From IMG/VR virus record IMGVR_UViG_641522624_000003: a stretch of 43,003 bases of DNA; one strand, 5' to 3'. Under the pieces are notes generated by a model. The model saw nothing but the letters and a program-made list of their open reading frames with translations. It searched no databases and was not told the DNA's origin. The DNA comes from a virus. Lineage: Duplodnaviria; Heunggongvirae; Uroviricota; Caudoviricetes. Made by a program: the position numbers and the translations under genes. Below, in pieces: positions 37,628 through 43,003 of the stretch. How positions within the stretch are numbered: the stretch's first letter is position 1; each line of letters opens with the position of its first letter.

Positions 37628-40165
37628 ATGGCAGCAGTAAAAATCTCAGGTGTGCTGAAAGATGGTGCGGGAAAACCAATACAGAACTGCACTATTCAAC
37701 TGAAGGCAAAGCGTAACAGCACCACGGTACTGGTGAACACGGTGGCTTCTGAAAATCCGGATGAAGCCGGACGTTACAGCATGGATGTTGAGTATGGCCA
37801 GTACAGCGTCACCCTGCTGGTTGAAGGTTTTCCGCCTTCACATGCCGGGACCATTACCGTCTATGAAGGTTCCAGACCAGGTACGCTGAATGATTTTCTC
37901 GGTGCCATGACGGAAGATGATGTCATGCCGGAGGCATTGCGTCGTTTTGAGGCAATGGTGGAAGAAGCGGCACGCAACGCCGAAGCCGCCTCTCAGAGCG
38001 CAGCGGCGGCAAAGAAATCCGAAACTGCAGCGGCATCATCGAAGAACGCGGCGAAAACCTCAGAAACGAATGCAGCTAACAGCGCACAGGCGGCAGCGAC
38101 CTCACAGACTGCATCGGCAAACTCCGCGACAGCAGCCAAAAAATCAGAAACCAACGCGAAAAACAGCGAGACAGCCGCAAAGACGAGCGAAACCAACGCA
38201 AAGTCCAGCCAGACGGCAGCGAAGACCAGCGAAACGAATGCCAAAGCCAGTGAAACTGCGGCAAAAAACAGCCAGGTTGCAGCAGCCCAAAGCGAGAGCG
38301 CGGCAGCCGGTTCTGCGACTTCAGCAGCCGGATCAGCAACTGCTGCGGCTAACAGCCAGAAAGCTGCGAAGACGAGTGAAACTAACGCAAAGTCCAGCCA
38401 GACGGCAGCGAAGACCAGCGAAACGAATGCCAAAGCCAGTGAAACTGCGGCGAAAAACAGTCAGGATGCTGCAGCCCAAAGCGAGAGTGCCGCAGCTGGT
38501 TCTGCAAGTGCGGCGGCTTCTTCTGCCACTGCATCAGCCAACAGTCAAAAAGCTGCAAAAACCAGTGAAACCAACGCAAAGGCGAGCGAGACTGCGGCGG
38601 CTAACTCGGCGAAAGCATCCGCTGCAAGCCAGACGGCTGCAAAAGCAAGTGAAGACGCAGCCAGAGAGTATGCAAGCCAGGCTGCGGAGCCGTATAAACA
38701 AGTTTTGCAGCCGCTTCCCGATGTGTGGATACCGTTTAACGATTCACTGGATATGATTACGGGCTTTTCGCCATCATATAAAAAGATTGTTATTGGCGAC
38801 GACGAAATAACGATGCCTGGTGACAAGGTTGTTAAGTTTAAACGCGCATCGAAAGCAACCTATATTAATAAATCTGGTGTACTGACAGAGGCTGCCATTG
38901 ACGAGCCGCGATTTGAACGTGATGGCCTGCTTATTGAGGGGCAAAGAACTAATCTTCTGCTTAATTCAACAAATCCATCTAAATGGAATAAGTCAGGCAA
39001 TCTGGAACTCACAGAAATATCCACGGATTCTTTTAATTTTACTTATGGGAGATTTACTGTAAAAGATACTCTTATTGATCAGACAAGTGCGATTAATATC
39101 GTAACGGTTTCTGGCAGTAAAGGATTTGATGTCACAGGTGATGAAAAATATGTGACCATTTCATGCCGTGTCAGAAGTGATGTTGAAAATATAAGGTGTC
39201 GTTTAAGATTTGAACATCATGATGGTTCTACTTACACTTTTTTGGGAGATGCTTACCTCAATTTATCAACACTTGTAATTGATAAGACTGGTGGTGCAGC
39301 AAATCGTATTATTGCAAAGGCTGTAAAAGATGAGGCTACTGGTTGGATTTTCTATCAGGCTACAATTAATGCACTAGATACAGAGAGCATGATTGGTGCG
39401 ATGGTTCAATATGCTCCAGTAAAAGGTTCAGGCACAGCATCTGGAGACTATCTGGATATCGCAACTCCACAAGTGGAAGGTGGATCAAGTGCTTCGTCAT
39501 TTATTGTAACTGATATAATTGCAAGCACTCGCGCAAGCGATATGGTGACAGTCCCAATCAAGAATAACCTTTATAATCTTCCTTTTACAGTTCTTTGTGA
39601 GGTACATAAGAACTGGTATAAAACGCCAAATGCAGCACCGCGTGTTTTTGATACCGGCGGTCATCAAACCGGAGCGGCTATTATTCTTGGCTTCGGTCGT
39701 TCAACAGATTACGACGGATTTCCTTATTGCGATATAGGTTTGGCTAACAGACGGGTAAACGAAAACGCATCGCTTGAAAAAATGGTTATGGGGATGCGTG
39801 TAAAGTCAGATCAGTCTACGTGCTCAGTAAGTAACGGGCGTATATCCAGCGAAAAGAAAGCCACATGGTCCTATATTCAGAACACCGCAATTATCCGTAT
39901 TGGAGGCCAGACTACAGCCGGGTTGCGTCATTTATTTGGTCATGTCAGGAATTTCAGAATATGGCACAAGGCATTGACTGATGCTCAGGTGGGTGGATTT
40001 GCCCCTATATTTCCAGACACCTGTTATCACTTAACCCATTACTGGCCTGCTGCCGCAGATATTCCCGTGGCGAGCGATAACCCAGTGCACTATGCGGATG
40101 CCATTCGTTATAATGCTCGAACGCCTCTGCAAGGTTCTTTGCTGCCGTTAACCCGTCTGGTTTAG
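37628..40165 (+). CDS. stf: Side tail fibre protein Stf, 3' end interrupted by IS2 (reads through into IS2 sequence)
   Basis: Track ORF 37622..40165; N-terminus [27 protein letters not shown]... matches recalled lambda Stf. From 39994 the frame continues into IS2 for 53 codons; removing IS2 and one target-duplication copy restores an ORF ending ...AQVGESI-stop. Confidence 0.75.
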   Translation: MAAVKISGVLKDGAGKPIQNCTIQLKAKRNSTTVLVNTVASENPDEAGRYSMDVEYGQYSVTLLVEGFPPSHAGTITVYEGSRPGTLNDFLGAMTEDDVMPEALRRFEAMVEEAARNAEAASQSAAAAKKSETAAASSKNAAKTSETNAANSAQAAATSQTASANSATAAKKSETNAKNSETAAKTSETNAKSSQTAAKTSETNAKASETAAKNSQVAAAQSESAAAGSATSAAGSATAAANSQKAAKTSETNAKSSQTAAKTSETNAKASETAAKNSQDAAAQSESAAAGSASAAASSATASANSQKAAKTSETNAKASETAAANSAKASAASQTAAKASEDAAREYASQAAEPYKQVLQPLPDVWIPFNDSLDMITGFSPSYKKIVIGDDEITMPGDKVVKFKRASKATYINKSGVLTEAAIDEPRFERDGLLIEGQRTNLLLNSTNPSKWNKSGNLELTEISTDSFNFTYGRFTVKDTLIDQTSAINIVTVSGSKGFDVTGDEKYVTISCRVRSDVENIRCRLRFEHHDGSTYTFLGDAYLNLSTLVIDKTGGAANRIIAKAVKDEATGWIFYQATINALDTESMIGAMVQYAPVKGSGTASGDYLDIATPQVEGGSSASSFIVTDIIASTRASDMVTVPIKNNLYNLPFTVLCEVHKNWYKTPNAAPRVFDTGGHQTGAAIILGFGRSTDYDGFPYCDIGLANRRVNENASLEKMVMGMRVKSDQSTCSVSNGRISSEKKATWSYIQNTAIIRIGGQTTAGLRHLFGHVRNFRIWHKALTDAQVGGFAPIFPDTCYHLTHYWPAAADIPVASDNPVHYADAIRYNARTPLQGSLLPLTRLV
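38177..38554 (+). repeat. In-frame 189-bp tandem duplication inside stf (two 63-aa Ala/Ser/Thr-rich units)
   Basis: Near-identical units [32 protein letters not shown](V/D)[13 protein letters not shown] offset by exactly 189 nt. Confidence 0.7.
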
Positions 40166-40910
40166 GCATGATACTGATGTAGTCACGCTTTATCGTTTTC
40201 ACGAAGCTCTCTGCTATGCCGTTACTCTCCGGACTCCGCACCGCCGTGTTCTTCGGTTCAAGCCCCAACATCCGGGCAAACTGCCGTGTTTCATTAGCCC
40301 GGTAGCATGAACCATTATCCGTCAGCCACTCTACTGGAGACGCCGGAAGCTCGTTGCCGAAGCGGCGTTCCACCGCTCCCAGCATGACGTCCTGTACTGT
40401 TTCACTGTCGAAGCCGCCCGTAGTGACTGCCCAGTGCAGTGCCTCACGGTCACAGCAGTCCAGCGCGAACGTGACTCGCAGTTTTTCTCCGTTATCACAG
40501 CGGAACTCGAACCCGTCAGAGCACCATCGTTGATTGCTTTCTTTCACGGCCACTTTGCCAGTATGTGCCCGTTTCGATGGCGGTACAGCGGTTTTTCGCT
40601 CAAGCAACAGCGCATTCTGGCGCATGATCCGGTAAACACGTTTGGCATTGATCGCAGGCATACCATCAAGTTCGGCCTGTCTGCGAAGCAGCGCCCATAC
40701 CCGACGATAACCATACGTGGGCAGCTCTCCGATAACATGGTGTATACGGAGAAGCACATCCGTATCATCTGAGTGACGGCTGCGGCGACCATCTTTCCAG
40801 TCATCGGTTCGTCTGAGAATTACGTGCAACTGCGCACGCGACACCCGGAGACAACGGCTGACTAAGCTTACTCCCCATCCCCGGGCAATAAGGGCGCGTG
40901 CGCTATCCAC
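40005..40910 (-). CDS. insD: IS2 transposase OrfB (InsD), DDE integrase-like
   Basis: 301-aa track ORF matching recalled IS2 InsD; overlaps insC as expected for frameshift-fused IS3-family transposases. Confidence 0.85.
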
Positions 40911-41233
40911 TTTTTTGCACGCCCGTATTCAACGGCTTCTTTAAGGAGTTCATTTTCCATCGTTTTTTTGCCGAGCAGGCGCTGGAGTTCTTTAATCTGC
41001 TTCATGGCAGCAGCAAGTTCAGAGGCAGGAACGACCTGCTCTCCTGCGGCCACAGCAGTAAGACTTCCCTCCTGGTATTGCTTGCGCCAGAGAAATAACT
41101 GGCTGGCTGCCACACCGTGTTGCCGGGCAACAAGGGAGACCGTCATTCCCGGTTCAAAACTCTGCTGAACAATAGCGATCTTTTCCTGTGTAGTACGCCG
41201 TCTGCGTTTCTCCGGTCCTAAGACATCAATCAT
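40868..41233 (-). CDS. insC: IS2 transposase OrfA (InsC)
   Basis: Start at [24 protein letters not shown] within track ORF 40868..41278; HTH protein matching recalled IS2 InsC. Confidence 0.85.
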
Positions 41234-41341
41234 CTGCTCTCCAATGACTAGTCTAAAAACTAGTATTAAGACTATCACTTATTTAAGTGATATTGGTTGT
41301 CTGGAGATTCAGGGGGCCAGTCTAGTGGGGGAGTCAATCTA

Positions 41342-41623
41342 ATGAAAGATTTAACACTCAAATTTGCCGACAGGGCCGACTTTTCGGCCTTTATGGAGAG
41401 TGCCGGCTATTATGATGACGAGTCGATGCAGGATGATATTCTTATTGACGTGATAGGTAACGTGTACAAAGAAACCGGAGAACTTACCGAAGATGGCGAG
41501 CCGGTATGTGTTAAGGAAGACGGATATTTTGTAAACGTGCGCATCATTAATGATGCAAAAAAATCGTCAATATTCGATGAATACGTGGTTGCTGTTGAGC
41601 ATCAACTTCGTGGCTGGATGTGA
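41342..41623 (+). CDS. Hypothetical small acidic protein (93 aa) downstream of stf
   Basis: Start MKDLTLKF within track ORF 41297..41623; its ATG overlaps the reconstructed pre-insertion stf stop (TAATG); no similarity to lambda Tfa that I can recognise. Confidence 0.45.
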   Translation: MKDLTLKFADRADFSAFMESAGYYDDESMQDDILIDVIGNVYKETGELTEDGEPVCVKEDGYFVNVRIINDAKKSSIFDEYVVAVEHQLRGWM

Positions 41624-41632
41624 GGAAGAAAA

Positions 41633-42673
41633 ATGGCTACATCGACAGTAATTCCTGAAGACATCAAAACGCTAAAATCCGACGTTAGCAAATTAAAAAA
41701 CGATCAAGGAAGCTACGCAACAAAATCATATGTAGACAATAAAACAACATGGAATAGTTATTGCAATGTAATCTATGATCAAAAGACATTGCCGACCACT
41801 GGAACTATATTTAGCGGTAAGATTCACTTGTCAAATAAGACAGGAGAAACCGAAAACGCTTATAGTGAGATGTACACTAGAAAAAATATTGACGGTACAA
41901 AAGATACAATGACAAGGATTGTCACACACAATGGAACAAAAGGTATCTTTTGGGATTTTAGCGATCTTTACGGTGGAACATTAATTTTTCCAGGCAGTGA
42001 TGGTTACCTTAAGATGGGGAACTGTCTCATGTCGTATGGTGTGCGGGGAAGTAACGCGCTTATTAAGTTTGACTGCACAGACACATTACAAATCAAATAT
42101 GCCAATCATGGGTCAACCATGACAATCAACACACAGGGAACCGCTCATTCTGGCGCTACTACTAGTTTGTGGGGTAACTCTACCCGTCCGGTTGTATATG
42201 AAGTTGGTGCTGATGGTGGCGCTTATATGTTCTATGCGCAGAAAAATACCGATAACACCTATATGTTAAGCGTTAATGGTGCATGTCATGCCACCGCATT
42301 TAACCAGCATTCCGACCGGGATCTGAAAGACAACATTCAGGTGATCGATAATGCAACCGACCGCATCCGTAAAATGAACGGCTATACATACACGCTTAAA
42401 GAAAACGGTATGCCCTATGCTGGTGTCATTGCACAGGAAGCTCTGGAAGCAATCCCAGAAGTTGTAGGTTCCGCAATGAAATATCAGGACGGTGCAAGCG
42501 GATCGGAAGGTGAAGAAGGTGAACGTTATTACACAGTAGATTATTCTGGTGTTACTGGCTTGCTTGTTCAGGTAGCCAGAGAGTCAGACGACAGAATAAC
42601 AGCACTGGAAGAAGAAAACGCAGAATTAAGACAAAGATTATCTGCAATTGAGGCGGCGCTTGCGTCTAAATAA
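41633..42673 (+). CDS. Tail fibre/spike-like protein with C-terminal intramolecular chaperone (peptidase S74-like) domain
   Basis: 346-aa ORF, low GC; C-terminal segment (...NQHSDRDLKDNIQVIDNATDRIRKMNGYTYTLKENG...YAGVIAQEALEAIPEVV...YYTVDYSGVTGLLVQ...ALEEENAELRQRL) has the features of auto-cleaving fibre chaperone domains. Confidence 0.6.
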   Translation: MATSTVIPEDIKTLKSDVSKLKNDQGSYATKSYVDNKTTWNSYCNVIYDQKTLPTTGTIFSGKIHLSNKTGETENAYSEMYTRKNIDGTKDTMTRIVTHNGTKGIFWDFSDLYGGTLIFPGSDGYLKMGNCLMSYGVRGSNALIKFDCTDTLQIKYANHGSTMTINTQGTAHSGATTSLWGNSTRPVVYEVGADGGAYMFYAQKNTDNTYMLSVNGACHATAFNQHSDRDLKDNIQVIDNATDRIRKMNGYTYTLKENGMPYAGVIAQEALEAIPEVVGSAMKYQDGASGSEGEEGERYYTVDYSGVTGLLVQVARESDDRITALEEENAELRQRLSAIEAALASK

Positions 42674-42700
42674 TATCAAGGGGCCGAGCGCCCCGTTTTA

Positions 42701-43003
42701 TTGGGTAGGATGAAAATGGATATAACACCTTTCCTTCATGCGCTTTGTGCTGTGGCTGCGCAGCTACTGATTGGTCTTTTTACCGGGAACTGGGCTTACG
42801 GGGCGATAGCCGGTTGTACGTTCTTCATTGCGCGTGAACACACCCAGGCAGAATATCGCTGGATTGAAATGTTTGGGCATGGCAAGAGGATTAACATGCC
42901 GTGGTGGGGCGGTTTTGATCCGCGCGTGTGGGATGTGGCAAGCCTGATGGATTTTGCTGTGCCGGTGGTGGCGTGTCTGCTGATCTGGATGTTGATCCGT
43001 TAA
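42701..43003 (+). CDS. Hypothetical integral membrane protein (about 3 TM helices); true start probably at ATG 42710 or 42716
   Basis: Track ORF with stop at the window end; hydrophobic segments LHALCAVAAQLLIGLF, WAYGAIAGCTFFIA, FAVPVVACLLIWMLI. Confidence 0.45.
   Translation: MGRMKMDITPFLHALCAVAAQLLIGLFTGNWAYGAIAGCTFFIAREHTQAEYRWIEMFGHGKRINMPWWGGFDPRVWDVASLMDFAVPVVACLLIWMLIR

Larger units (their letters stand above)
39994..41324 (-). mobile_element. IS2 insertion sequence (1331 bp) with 5-bp target site duplication GTGGG
   Basis: Ends match recalled IS2 termini (TAGACTGGCCCCCTGAATCTCC at 41324 downward; GGGGCAAATCCA at 39994); flanking GTGGG at 39989-39993 and 41325-41329; contains InsC and InsD ORFs. 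Confidence 0.9.

Noticed and set aside
38130-38560. Possible CRISPR-like repeat array
   Set aside because: The repeats are 189-bp in-frame coding duplications inside stf, not short palindromic repeats with unique spacers; no cas genes in the window.
37917-38826. Long plus- and minus-strand ORFs (e.g. 37917..38756 +, 37993..38433 -, 38545..38826 -) overlapping the stf repeat region
   Set aside because: Artefacts of the Ala/Ser/Thr-rich repetitive fibre sequence, which lacks stop codons in several frames; products are low-complexity Arg/Pro/Gln strings.

Overview
The window is almost entirely one lambdoid prophage (Qin/Sp-like mosaic) integrated beside a host tRNA-Ser(CGA) gene, with host mtfA at the left edge (1-798). 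I did not find an unambiguous, self-contained novel multi-gene system; the best candidates for undescribed biology are listed as findings. Order left to right: mtfA; tRNA-Ser with attL-side integrase-arm repeats; integrase, excisionase and a large RecE-N-terminal-like/DnaQ-like exonuclease (minus strand); a complete dicB operon (ydfA-ydfB-ydfC-DicF sRNA-dicB-ydfD, minus strand); the DicA/DicC immunity switch with palindromic operators; YdaT-like gene; O-like and P-like replication genes with intragenic iterons; a tightly coupled block of accessory ORFs (two wHTH proteins, DUF4406, Zn-ribbon protein, small acidic proteins); a small-toxin cluster (two tiny hydrophobic ORFs plus hok); DUF968, RusA and Q antiterminator; PR'/tR'; four tRNA genes; lysis cassette (holin, YdfR-like ORF, SAR endolysin, Rz/Rz1); HNH endonuclease and terminase; HK97-type head genes; tail genes with a G-T -1 frameshift; lambda-like H-M-L-K-I-J; lom moron; side tail fibre stf with an IS2 insertion (5-bp target duplication) near its 3' end; and a low-GC distal module (small acidic protein, fibre protein with C-terminal intramolecular-chaperone domain, membrane protein). 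attR lies outside the window. No CRISPR array, rRNA or Shiga-toxin genes were seen. Most interesting: the small-toxin cluster with flanking 13-bp direct repeats, the IS2-disrupted fibre locus and low-GC distal module, the tRNA array with one atypical tRNA next to an ORF-free inverted-repeat region, and the coupled accessory operon. All protein calls rest on my reading of the supplied translations and remembered family features, not on database searches. Coordinates for features absent from the ORF track (tRNAs, sRNA, hairpins, repeats, sub-60-aa ORFs) were counted by hand from anchored ORF ends and may be off by 1-2 nt.
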